Shown: piece after piece, positions 28,999 through 38,052 of the stretch
Layout: every line of letters begins with the position of its first letter
Numbering within the stretch: position 1 is the stretch's first letter
Source: an uncultured Candidatus Bathyarchaeia archaeon
GTDB taxonomy: Archaea; Thermoproteota; Bathyarchaeia; 40CM-2-53-6; DTDX01
Assembly (NCBI GenBank): GCA_964608455.1
Contig: CAZSNM010000005.1
Location: 4,069 to 68,068 of the forward strand
DNA length: 64,000 nt
Direction of reading: 5' to 3'
The notes under the pieces: model-generated
Databases searched by the model: none
The model's input: the letters and a program-made list of their open reading frames with translations, nothing else
What the model was told of the DNA's origin: nothing
Made by a program: the position numbers and the translations under genes

Positions 28999-31344
28999 TT
29001 ATTCCCTTCTTTTTCTAATTAATCTCGGTAAAAGTGTTGGATCAGGAATAATATTTTCTTTCCATCCCTTCTCCTTTAAAAATTCTAAAACTTCATCTTT
29101 CATAGTTATCGGTATGTCGGCAACTGTTCTAACGAATAGATGAAGATCATTAGGTAATGTTCCATATATTTTTTTATGCAAATCTATATAATGGGTAAGC
29201 TTTATTGCTCGCCCCTTTGTTGTATCATTTGGTCTCATGCAAAGCTTTGGAATCATAACTATCGCTTCTTCTTTACTTTCAGCTGAATAAAACAAATGTT
29301 CTGGAACTGGTCCAACATAAACTTTTTCTCCAGTTCTAGCATCATAAACATACCAATCTTCTTGATTTTCTTTTTTTCCTAAAAGCATTCTTCTATATTT
29401 AAATCCATGAGGGCCGACTATAACTGGTATTCCCAGCCTCCAAAATCCGCTGGCTATTGAAGCAGCTTTTTGAGACATTGCTCCCCAACCTACTCCAACA
29501 GCTCCAACTCTATTTAAAATATAATCAGCTATTTCCTCATAGTTTCCACGAAGTCTTCGTTTAGCAAATATGCTTGCTATTTTTATAGCTGCTCCAGCTA
29601 TATGAGAATTTGAAACACATGAACCAACATTGCTTACACCTCCAGCATCGAAAACTCCAGGATACATTTCATAAATTGTTTTTCCTTCACCATTTTTGTG
29701 CATAGCCATAGACATTGCTGCGCAGCCTGAAGCAACAATTATATAGTTTCTTTTAGCAAATTCCTCAGCCATTTCAGCAACCTCTTTACCGCTTTTAGGG
29801 TAGTTAGCGCATCCAACAAATGCTATAACGCCTGGAATTTCACCTAAAACTATTGGGCTTCCAACCTGACGAATTTCAACATCTTGAATAGCTCCTCTTC
29901 CAACTCTAATTTTAAATTTTTCCTCTTTAAGATTTTTCTCTGCAGCAACCTCCATAAAAGAATGAATGGGAAGGTCAATTGGGCAAGCGCTTTCGCATCT
30001 ACCGCAACCTATGCATAAATCCAGTAAATCAGCTAAATTTTTTAAATTTCCTTTTGAAGCTTCTGTTAATGCTTCAGGAATGGGCAAATTGTTTGGGCAA
30101 GCTCTGGAACATTCAAAACATTTTCTGCATTTTTTAGCTCCTTCAATAACACCTTGAATATCTGGAATGGCTTTAAATTTAGCTCTTTTAGGTGCAACTA
30201 ACAAAGCTGTTTTAACAGCAATTTCCCCCACTTTTTCTGGATCAAGTATTAAAGCACCCGGTATCACACCATTAACTAATTCATTAATTACATTGGTAGG
30301 CTGCTCAAAGGTTTTATCAATTAGACCTAAACAATTTTTCTCGCTTGTAGCAATTAATGGAGCTTTAATTTTTTGAGCTTCACTTAAGGCATCAGCCCTA
30401 ATGCATTGTTCATCCACAACAATTACATCTGGAATTCCAGATCTAATAAATCTTAACTGCCAAGATATTGGTCCGACAATTTTAGCTTTAGGATCATATC
30501 TTGAGAGGTCATGCGCTGTACAGCATATTCCACAAACTTCAACTTCATTTTTAAGTCCATTATCCTCTAAATAATCAACGATGCTTATAGCTGATGGAAC
30601 ATTATGACCTATAACAAGAATTACTGGTTTAGAGTTATCAACAACTCCAAAACCTATTTCAGTTAATGGGGCGTCAGGATCAGCTTTAGGAAAGCCATAA
30701 GCAGAAATCTGAGCTATATCAGCTACCTCCATAGCTGTATGATCAAGCATTCCTGCATGGAAAACCTTTGATTCAAAATCTATGAAACTCCCTTCTTGTC
30801 CAGTATGAGTGGCTGAAAGCAACTTTACTATTTCCCTTTCTACATAATTTAAAACTTCTTCCAAATCTCCTAATGTTTTAGGTCTTATTCCACAAACCAA
30901 TCTAATAATTGGAGCTTCAACTTCAACGCTTACACCTCCAACGTCTATTGGCCATTTTCTACCATATTTCTCTATTAAGTGCTCTACTAAATGTCTAGCA
31001 TGAGCTGTATGCGTAGCAGCACCAATACAGCATGCTAATAAAACTATTCTTGATTGTTGAGCAGGCATTGTTAAACCGCAAGCACCTTTTTTATCCTTTG
31101 TTAAATCGCATTTACCCATTGTGCATAAGCAGCAAACATCGCAAAAAGGCATATAAAAAGGTTTGTATCTTTCAAGAAGCTTTAAATCCCAATTTCTTAA
31201 ATCTGAAATAGATGGGAAAGGTGTAGGACCAGTTTCTTCCTCCCAAGCTTCCTCAAGAATTTTCCCAATAGAAATTTCAAAATCTTTTATTTCACCTAAA
31301 CTTGTTTTTAATTCCCCTATTTTTAGCTTTAAGGTTTTACTCAT
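28999..31344 (-). CDS. cdhA: ACDS complex alpha subunit (CO dehydrogenase)
   Basis: CDVCCLCTMGKC, GICCT, DEQC, two ferredoxin CxxCxxCxxxCP motifs, GSCVSN. Confidence 0.96.
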   Translation of the reverse strand: MSKTLKLKIGELKTSLGEIKDFEISIGKILEEAWEEETGPTPFPSISDLRNWDLKLLERYKPFYMPFCDVCCLCTMGKCDLTKDKKGACGLTMPAQQSRIVLLACCIGAATHTAHARHLVEHLIEKYGRKWPIDVGGVSVEVEAPIIRLVCGIRPKTLGDLEEVLNYVEREIVKLLSATHTGQEGSFIDFESKVFHAGMLDHTAMEVADIAQISAYGFPKADPDAPLTEIGFGVVDNSKPVILVIGHNVPSAISIVDYLEDNGLKNEVEVCGICCTAHDLSRYDPKAKIVGPISWQLRFIRSGIPDVIVVDEQCIRADALSEAQKIKAPLIATSEKNCLGLIDKTFEQPTNVINELVNGVIPGALILDPEKVGEIAVKTALLVAPKRAKFKAIPDIQGVIEGAKKCRKCFECSRACPNNLPIPEALTEASKGNLKNLADLLDLCIGCGRCESACPIDLPIHSFMEVAAEKNLKEEKFKIRVGRGAIQDVEIRQVGSPIVLGEIPGVIAFVGCANYPKSGKEVAEMAEEFAKRNYIIVASGCAAMSMAMHKNGEGKTIYEMYPGVFDAGGVSNVGSCVSNSHIAGAAIKIASIFAKRRLRGNYEEIADYILNRVGAVGVGWGAMSQKAASIASGFWRLGIPVIVGPHGFKYRRMLLGKKENQEDWYVYDARTGEKVYVGPVPEHLFYSAESKEEAIVMIPKLCMRPNDTTKGRAIKLTHYIDLHKKIYGTLPNDLHLFVRTVADIPITMKDEVLEFLKEKGWKENIIPDPTLLPRLIRKRRE

Positions 31345-31449
31345 TTTAAATCACTTTTTTTACTTAAATTTAAAAAAAGACAAAAATAAACCTCTTAATT
31401 TAATTCTTTGAGTTAATAGAGTTATTCTTAATGGTATTTTAAAGATGTT

Positions 31450-33540
31450 TTAGCTTTTTAAACTTTTTTCTAAAACTGGATGATTAACTTTTTTTAGGAA
31501 AATTTTTAATTCCTCAATGTTTTTAGCTTCTTCCTCAGTAGCTATTTTACCATAAAGTTCACTTGGAATAGCATCTTTCACTTTTTCTTTCAGAGCTTTA
31601 GGCATCCATACAATTCTATTCCATCCACCATCAGCTTTCAAAAATTTGCGAGATTTAATATATTCTATTCCTATGCCCAAAAAACCTTCAACTTGTTTTC
31701 CTCCACCACAGAATCCAGCCATAGCTGGAAAATTCATTCCATTAACAGTTGGTTCTCTAAAACTTCTGTCTACAATTCCTATTCCATCAATTTCAGGAAT
31801 ATAAAAGGCTATTGCTTGAAAACATCCGCAAGAAGTATGAGGATGACCAAATATACTATGAAGATAAACTTTAGCTATAGAATTATGAGATTTAACTTTA
31901 ACAGCCTCATTTACACCACTCCATTCCCCTTTAACAGGATCTATACATTCCCCTTTATTTATTGGAAAGTTTGGTCCTGATGGATCTACACGATAAGATA
32001 TGCTTGCATCAAGCCAGCTTGTAGCACCGCATAAAGATATTCTTTCAGGAGTTATTACACATACATGGGTTGGAGCAAAAGATTGACAAAGTGTACAACC
32101 ATAAAAACAATCCACATTTTCCTCGGTTAACTCTTTTATTTTTAAATCTCTCTCCTTATATATTTTTTTGGCTTCATTAATTTTTTCTTCAACAATAGCT
32201 GGGTTAGTTAAAATTGTTACTTGAACTTTTTCTACTAAACGAGGAAAAGTTGAATGGAACATAAAGTATAGGATTTCCCCTAAATGTTTAATCTTTAAAT
32301 TTTTTTGAGTAGCCTCCTTGCTTATTCTAATCCATATTTCATCCCTAGAACCTAAATGCATTATTCCTTTAGCTTGATTTAAAAATTTATGAATACGTCT
32401 TTCAAAAACAGGTTCTAAAGTTTTCTCAAGTTTTGAACCTGCTAATTCAACTATTATTCCAAGCGGATAACTTTCCCCTTCCTTCATTTCATTAATTTCT
32501 AAACCCTCGACTTTTATTAAACCATCATTAACTTCATTCATAGATTTAATTTTAACAAGTTCAAAAGCTAAAGTTTTTCCTCCTCCAAATTCTACAAACA
32601 TTTCAGGTTTTCTTATTTTTTCACCTTCATAAATTGCCCCATACTCTATTGGTAAGGGGGGTTTAACAAATTTTTTTAACTTAATTTTTTTAGCATCGCA
32701 TCCAGCTTCAATAATTTTTTCATAGCTTGCTTGATAAATAAATAATGGGAAATCTTTTAGTTCAGGTTGATCAACAATTACAGGTATTCCTAAGCTTGAG
32801 AGCCCCACACCTATAGCCAAACCTTTATTATCAAGTTTTCCAAGCATTATAGCGAAGGTTGGAACCCTATTCTTAATATAACTTTTAATAGCTTCTTTAT
32901 CTCCAGGTTTAACTCCCCCAAACATTAATGGTGCTCTAATAATCAAATTTGCAGCATGAACAATTGATGAAAATTCTAATCCTAAAGGAATAATTTTTTC
33001 CTCTAAACCAAATTTAATGCCTATTTTCTCTATTTGATTTAAAACTAAACCTGAAACTAAACATAAAAGGTTTGTTTCTTGAATATCTTTGAGTAATTCT
33101 TCAGCAAGCGATTCTGCTTTAGCTAAACCATAAATTAAAATTACTCCTGGAATTGTTCCATTAGCTAACTCTAAACTAACTTCTCTAAAAGTTGCATCAG
33201 AAATAAAGCGTTTCAATTCTTTATTAAAAGCGTAATTAATAGCTTCAATAATTTCAAGCCCCATGAGTGAAGCTAAACCAATATTTAAAAGTTTTTCTTC
33301 ATTTTTACCTTCTTTGCTAATTAAAGATTTACATAAAATTATTGCTCCATTTAAATCTTTCAAAGTTTCAATTTTTTTCCCGAGTAATCCATAAATTAAT
33401 GGTAAAGAGTATATGGTTTCTGGAAAAGTTATTGGAGTGTCTTCCCTTAGTTTTTCTAAGGCTTTTTTTAAATATTCCTCAGATAACTCTATAATTTCTT
33501 TAGCTCCAGAAAAAGCTAAGGAAAAGTTATTTAAACTCAG
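31450..33540 (-). CDS. acsB: Second acetyl-CoA synthase with bacterial AcsB-type N-terminal domain; probable CTG start at 33540
   Basis: Frame stays open 59 codons upstream of the TTG at 33363 (LSLNNFSLAFSGAKEII...ITFPETIYSLPLIYGLLG); A-cluster motifs CTLCQSFAP, SLCG, HTSCGCF. Confidence 0.85.
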   Translation of the reverse strand: MSLNNFSLAFSGAKEIIELSEEYLKKALEKLREDTPITFPETIYSLPLIYGLLGKKIETLKDLNGAIILCKSLISKEGKNEEKLLNIGLASLMGLEIIEAINYAFNKELKRFISDATFREVSLELANGTIPGVILIYGLAKAESLAEELLKDIQETNLLCLVSGLVLNQIEKIGIKFGLEEKIIPLGLEFSSIVHAANLIIRAPLMFGGVKPGDKEAIKSYIKNRVPTFAIMLGKLDNKGLAIGVGLSSLGIPVIVDQPELKDFPLFIYQASYEKIIEAGCDAKKIKLKKFVKPPLPIEYGAIYEGEKIRKPEMFVEFGGGKTLAFELVKIKSMNEVNDGLIKVEGLEINEMKEGESYPLGIIVELAGSKLEKTLEPVFERRIHKFLNQAKGIMHLGSRDEIWIRISKEATQKNLKIKHLGEILYFMFHSTFPRLVEKVQVTILTNPAIVEEKINEAKKIYKERDLKIKELTEENVDCFYGCTLCQSFAPTHVCVITPERISLCGATSWLDASISYRVDPSGPNFPINKGECIDPVKGEWSGVNEAVKVKSHNSIAKVYLHSIFGHPHTSCGCFQAIAFYIPEIDGIGIVDRSFREPTVNGMNFPAMAGFCGGGKQVEGFLGIGIEYIKSRKFLKADGGWNRIVWMPKALKEKVKDAIPSELYGKIATEEEAKNIEELKIFLKKVNHPVLEKSLKS

Positions 33541-33645
33541 AATTTTTAGCCCCCTTTTTTCAAAACATTTTTATATAATACTTTGTTATATTTAATTTGA
33601 ATAGCAACATTTTTAAATTTTTCTATCTTTATAAGGTGTAGAAAA

Positions 33646-33825
33646 ATGTGTGAATTTAAAGTAATTTTAAATGGAAAAGTTATTTTTGAAGATGTTATAT
33701 ATGCTAAAACTGAGGGAGAAAAAATTATTCTTAAAAATATTTTAGGCGCCTTAAAAGAGGTTGAAAAATGTAAAATTGTTGAGGTAGATGTTAATTCTGA
33801 GCGTTTAACATTATCCTCAATTTAG
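33646..33825 (+). CDS. cooT: CooT-family nickel-binding protein
   Basis: Not in ORF track; MCEFKVILNGKVIFEDVIYAKTEGEKIILKNILG...VEVDVNSERLTLSSI (59 aa, Cys2), directly upstream of cooC. Confidence 0.85.
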   Translation: MCEFKVILNGKVIFEDVIYAKTEGEKIILKNILGALKEVEKCKIVEVDVNSERLTLSSI

Positions 33826-33837
33826 AGTGATGTAATA

Positions 33838-34614
33838 TTGAAAATAGCTGTTTCTGGTAAGGGTGGTGTTGGAAAAACCTTTATAACAAGTGTTTTAGCA
33901 AGATATTTTCTTAAAAAAGGTTTTAAAGTTTTAGCTATAGATGCTGATCCATCTCCTAATCTAGGTGTAAATTTAGGTTTAACTTTTAATGAAGTGAAAA
34001 ATATAACACCTATATCGGAAAATTTTGATTTGATAAAAAGCAAAACCGACTCTGGAGTCCCAGGTGTATACAAGTTAACTTTTGAAGTTGAAGATGTAAT
34101 TAAAAATTACTCAATAGTTACTCCAAGTGGAGTAAACCTGATTATTATGGGAATTGTTAAATCAGCTGAATCGGGATGCACTTGCCCAGCAAATGCCTTT
34201 ATTAAATCATTGCTTAAACATTTGCTTAGCAAAAAAGATGAAATAGTAATTATGGATATGGAAGCGGGAACAGAACATCTTGGAAGGGGAACAGCCAAAT
34301 ATGTGGATTTAATGCTTATAGTTTCTGATTCAAGTTTAAAATCATTAGAGATAGCATTTAAAATTTATGAATTAGCAGTTAACATGGGTTTAAAACGAAT
34401 ATTTCTTGTTGGAAATAAGATCTTAAATAAAAGGGATGAAGAAACCATATTAAGCTTTTCCTTTAAAAATGGATTAAACGTTATTGGGTTTATTCCATAT
34501 GATTATAAAATAGTTGAAGCTGATTTACATGGAGAATATTCATATGTATTTCAATCAAAAAGCATTTATGCTATAGAGGATATTGGAGAAAAAATATTAA
34601 ATATGAAAAATTAA
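33838..34614 (+). CDS. cooC: CODH/ACS nickel-insertion ATPase CooC/AcsF
   Basis: GKGGVGKT, DADP, GCTCP, DMEAGTEHLGRG. Confidence 0.93.
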   Translation: MKIAVSGKGGVGKTFITSVLARYFLKKGFKVLAIDADPSPNLGVNLGLTFNEVKNITPISENFDLIKSKTDSGVPGVYKLTFEVEDVIKNYSIVTPSGVNLIIMGIVKSAESGCTCPANAFIKSLLKHLLSKKDEIVIMDMEAGTEHLGRGTAKYVDLMLIVSDSSLKSLEIAFKIYELAVNMGLKRIFLVGNKILNKRDEETILSFSFKNGLNVIGFIPYDYKIVEADLHGEYSYVFQSKSIYAIEDIGEKILNMKN

Positions 34615-34635
34615 ATTGAAAAAAATTAAAAATTT

Positions 34636-35511
34636 TTATTTTTTAGCTTGAGAAATAACATAATCAGCTATTTCGCTTGCTATATCAATTTTAGTTGTTG
34701 TTTGTAATCCTCTCCATCCAGGTTGAGAATTAACCTCATTAATAAATAGGCCTTTATCGCTTTCAAGTAAATCTACCCCAGCTATTTCGCAACCTAAAAC
34801 TTTAGCTGATTTTACAGCTAATTCTTCAGCTTCCTTAGAAATTTTTGTTTTCACTGGTTTAGCACCTAAACTTACATTTGTTTTCCAAGTTGAAGCGACC
34901 CTATGCATAGCAGCAACAACTCTTCCATCAATAACAAATGCCCTTAAATCTTTCAATCCATGAGGTATATATTCTTGAACATAAATAACATGCTTAAAAA
35001 ATCTTAATGTTCTAAAGCTTCTTTCAGCTATATCAAAGTTAGATATTCTAGCGATTCCAATACCTCTTGAGCCAAAAACTGGTTTTACAACGATATCTTT
35101 AAATTTCTTAAAGCTTAATAAAGCTTCTTTAATATTTTCTGTAACGATTGTTTTTGGTATTGGTATTCCAGCATCTTCAAGCAAAGCTAAAGTATAATAT
35201 TTATCAACAGCCTTTTCTATGGCTGAAGGCTTATTTATAACATTTAAACCTTTTGAATAAAGTCTATGAAGCGTGTTAACTTGAAAAATTATTTCTTCAA
35301 GTGATCCTCTACCCATAGGTCTAACAAGCAATGCTGAAAGCTCTTTAATCGGATTTATTCCTTTAACTATGAAAGGGGGTTGAAAACCAACTTGAGCCTT
35401 TAATTGGTTAAAGTTAAAAAAGAAGGGGGATACCCCTTTCTTTTTAAAGGCTTTTCCTAACCTAGCTGAGCACCAAGCTTTTTCATTTCTAGTTAAAATC
35501 CCTATTTTCAC
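34636..35511 (-). CDS. RimK-family ATP-grasp alpha-L-glutamate ligase (MptN/CofF-like)
   Basis: KPVFGSRGIG, QEYIP, WKTNVSLG, GVDLL, EVNSQPGW; GTG at 35511 overlapping the upstream stop is the likely start. Confidence 0.85.
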   Translation of the reverse strand: MKIGILTRNEKAWCSARLGKAFKKKGVSPFFFNFNQLKAQVGFQPPFIVKGINPIKELSALLVRPMGRGSLEEIIFQVNTLHRLYSKGLNVINKPSAIEKAVDKYYTLALLEDAGIPIPKTIVTENIKEALLSFKKFKDIVVKPVFGSRGIGIARISNFDIAERSFRTLRFFKHVIYVQEYIPHGLKDLRAFVIDGRVVAAMHRVASTWKTNVSLGAKPVKTKISKEAEELAVKSAKVLGCEIAGVDLLESDKGLFINEVNSQPGWRGLQTTTKIDIASEIADYVISQAKK

Positions 35512-35882
35512 TCTTGTTTCACTTGAAAACCACATCTAGGGCAAAACTTTGCTTTAGAAGGAATTTTAGATTTGCAATTGGGGCATTCAATTGTTAAAGG
35601 TGGGGGAGGAGGAGTTGGAATTGGACGTAAGGATGGTGTTGAAGGTTTTTGAAGTTCAATTTCCTTATTTAATAATACAACATCTCCAATAGATTTGATG
35701 CTTGACCATTCAATTTTAGATTCGCTACCATCCCTCATTGAAACAAGAAGAGAAACAATCCCTTCAGGAATAGAAATAATTAATTCTTTAACATTTCCAA
35801 CTAGGGTTCCATTTACATCTATAACTTGTTTTCCCTCAAACTCTCTGGAGGAAATGCTTGTTTTTTCATTTTTTTTACTCAT
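35508..35882 (-). CDS. PRC-barrel + Pro-rich linker + zinc-ribbon protein
   Basis: GKQVID..GTLVGNVKEL...IGDVVLL; PTPPPPP; CPNC...FCPRCG. Confidence 0.8.
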   Translation of the reverse strand: MSKKNEKTSISSREFEGKQVIDVNGTLVGNVKELIISIPEGIVSLLVSMRDGSESKIEWSSIKSIGDVVLLNKEIELQKPSTPSLRPIPTPPPPPLTIECPNCKSKIPSKAKFCPRCGFQVKQE

Positions 35883-36057
35883 TAGAGTTTACCTCTAAAA
35901 GCTTTCATTAAAATATAATTTCTATGGTTTAAAGATAAAAACTTTTAAACTCGACTTATTTTTAATTAAAGTTTTAACCATAAATCCATAAATAAGTTTT
36001 TTCGATTTTATAAGGAAGAAGGAAATAAAATGTTTAAGAAAGAAGGGGATTAAAATT

Positions 36058-36624
36058 ATGCGTGCTAAACCAACATTTTTAGGTTTGGCAATTCTTCTTT
36101 TGGGTATTTTACTTATTTCCTTAAGCTATAGAACTTATATGGTTGAAGTTAAAAAAATTAAAAAGGAACCTTTAATTGAAAAATCTAAATTTATAGTTGG
36201 AGACTTTAAAGTTTTGCAAAAATATTTAACAAGCGGCTATTCAATAGTTTGCTATGGTAAAGTTTACATCCCTGAAACTGGAAATTTAAGCGATATAAAT
36301 TTTTATATTATGGATGAAGAAAATTATGGTAAATGGTTTAAGGGGAAAAATGCTGAAGCGCTTTTAGAAAAAAAGAAAGTAACAATTTTAAATGTTTCAA
36401 TACCAATAACAAGCAATGGCACATATTATTTTATTTTTGATAATACATATGCTGAACTTTATAAAAAAGAGGTAGAATTTGAAGCTTATAAACAATATGA
36501 AGTAATTGAAACTGAACCTACTCAAATGAAAACATTAATTAATTTAGGTTTACCATTAACTTTCATAGGGCTTATAATAATGATTTATGGAATATTAAAA
36601 AAACCTGAAATAACTTGGATGTAA
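36058..36624 (+). CDS. Two-TM membrane protein with a GOLD/p24-like beta-sandwich
   Basis: N- and C-terminal TM helices; DINFYIMD, GTYYFIFDN. Confidence 0.65.
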   Translation: MRAKPTFLGLAILLLGILLISLSYRTYMVEVKKIKKEPLIEKSKFIVGDFKVLQKYLTSGYSIVCYGKVYIPETGNLSDINFYIMDEENYGKWFKGKNAEALLEKKKVTILNVSIPITSNGTYYFIFDNTYAELYKKEVEFEAYKQYEVIETEPTQMKTLINLGLPLTFIGLIIMIYGILKKPEITWM

Positions 36625-36633
36625 AAAATGGTT

Positions 36634-37602
36634 TTAACGATAGTTTTGCAAAGCTCTTAAACGCTTTACAATATTTGGATGGGTTGAAAAAAGCTCGATT
36701 ATTCTATCTGCTAAGGTTATTTTTCTTTGCAATAATTGCTGAACTAAATCTTTTTCTCTTCCAAAGTATTTATACAAAGTTTTAGCTTCTTCTTCAGCTT
36801 TTTCAGGATCAGCTATAAGCAATGCTTTAAAACTATTTAAACGATTTGCATAAAACTTATAGTAACGCCCTATTCGCATTTGACTTGTTGAAAAAACTAT
36901 TTTAGCTAAGGCTCTTGACAATTTTTCAGCTCCATTCGGAATTGCTGTAGCACTTAATTGATCAGCATAGTATTCTCTTAACCTACTTAAACCAAGAACT
37001 AAAAGCGTAAGAATCCAATAAGCAGCTATTGAAATTAAACCTATTAAAGGCGCTAAAGAGTTCCCCCCTTCCCTACTATCCCTTCTGTAACTTGAAAACA
37101 TTAAGCTATAACCTATATAATAGAATAATGCTGGTAAAAGCGAAGCAATCATCATTATTTGTACATCCCTATGCTTTAAATGACCAAGTTCATGTCCAAT
37201 AACAGCTTCAACTTCATCTTCATCAAGTTGATTTAATAATCCTGAGGTTACAGCAATCCTTGAACCGGCTATTGGAGAGCCATAAGCAAAAGCATTTGGA
37301 ATAGGAATTTCAGCAAGCATTAATTGAGGGGTTTTAAGGTTGATTTTTCGGCATAATGCTTCTACAGCAGCATGCAATCTTGGATTTTCCTGTTTAGAAA
37401 GTTTTCTAACCCTATAAATGGTGTCAATCAAATAAGGTGCAAAAAGCCATTGAACCAAATTAAAAAGCACAACTAAGCTTGCTAAAAGGATTACATTAAA
37501 AACTCCAAGTAAGGTTAGTATTATGGTCAATATTAAAGTTGATACTCCAATGATTAAAGCTAAAGTACCTATCATGGAAAGCCTTAGCTTCAATAAGCTC
37601 AT
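36634..37602 (-). CDS. htpX: Zinc metalloprotease HtpX (M48)
   Basis: PNAFAYG, HELGH, SRLREYYAD, FSTHP. Confidence 0.93.
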   Translation of the reverse strand: MSLLKLRLSMIGTLALIIGVSTLILTIILTLLGVFNVILLASLVVLFNLVQWLFAPYLIDTIYRVRKLSKQENPRLHAAVEALCRKINLKTPQLMLAEIPIPNAFAYGSPIAGSRIAVTSGLLNQLDEDEVEAVIGHELGHLKHRDVQIMMIASLLPALFYYIGYSLMFSSYRRDSREGGNSLAPLIGLISIAAYWILTLLVLGLSRLREYYADQLSATAIPNGAEKLSRALAKIVFSTSQMRIGRYYKFYANRLNSFKALLIADPEKAEEEAKTLYKYFGREKDLVQQLLQRKITLADRIIELFSTHPNIVKRLRALQNYR

Positions 37603-37761
37603 TTCAAGTCACCCAATAAAAAATCTACTAATGCCTAAATAAAAATCTTATCTCTTTTAAATAAAAGCGTTAAATAAGGTTTATTAATTTAAAAAGCGAA
37701 AGTTTTAAAGCTTTTAGTGAAATATAAAATGGAGTATACAGGAAAAGTATAAGGGATTAAA

Positions 37762-38007
37762 ATGAGCAATATTAGCAAAAAAACAATAATTGTAGATGAA
37801 AACTTATCAAAAATTATTGGTGTAGATGCTGGAACATTGATTAGTTATAGTGAATTAGCAAAAGGAATACATGAATATATAAAAACTCATAATCTAAAAA
37901 AGAAGTCTGAAAAAACAGAAAAAAGAAAGTTTAAGTTTTGCTTTAAGTGTGGAGCTCAAATACCTGAAAAAGCAATATATTGCGATCAATGCGGAGCAAA
38001 ACAATAG
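37762..38007 (+). CDS. SWIB/MDM2-like domain + zinc-ribbon protein
   Basis: LSKIIG...ISYSELAKGIHEYIKTHNL; FCFKCG...YCDQCG. Confidence 0.65.
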   Translation: MSNISKKTIIVDENLSKIIGVDAGTLISYSELAKGIHEYIKTHNLKKKSEKTEKRKFKFCFKCGAQIPEKAIYCDQCGAKQ

Positions 38008-38052
38008 AGAAATAAATATTAAAAATGGAATAAGAGAAATGGAGGTTACTTA

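Noticed and set aside
33363..33400. Possible frameshift/slippage at the A7 run upstream of the annotated ACS start
   Set aside because: Manual translation shows the upstream AcsB-like sequence is in the same frame (177 nt = 59 codons); no frameshift is needed
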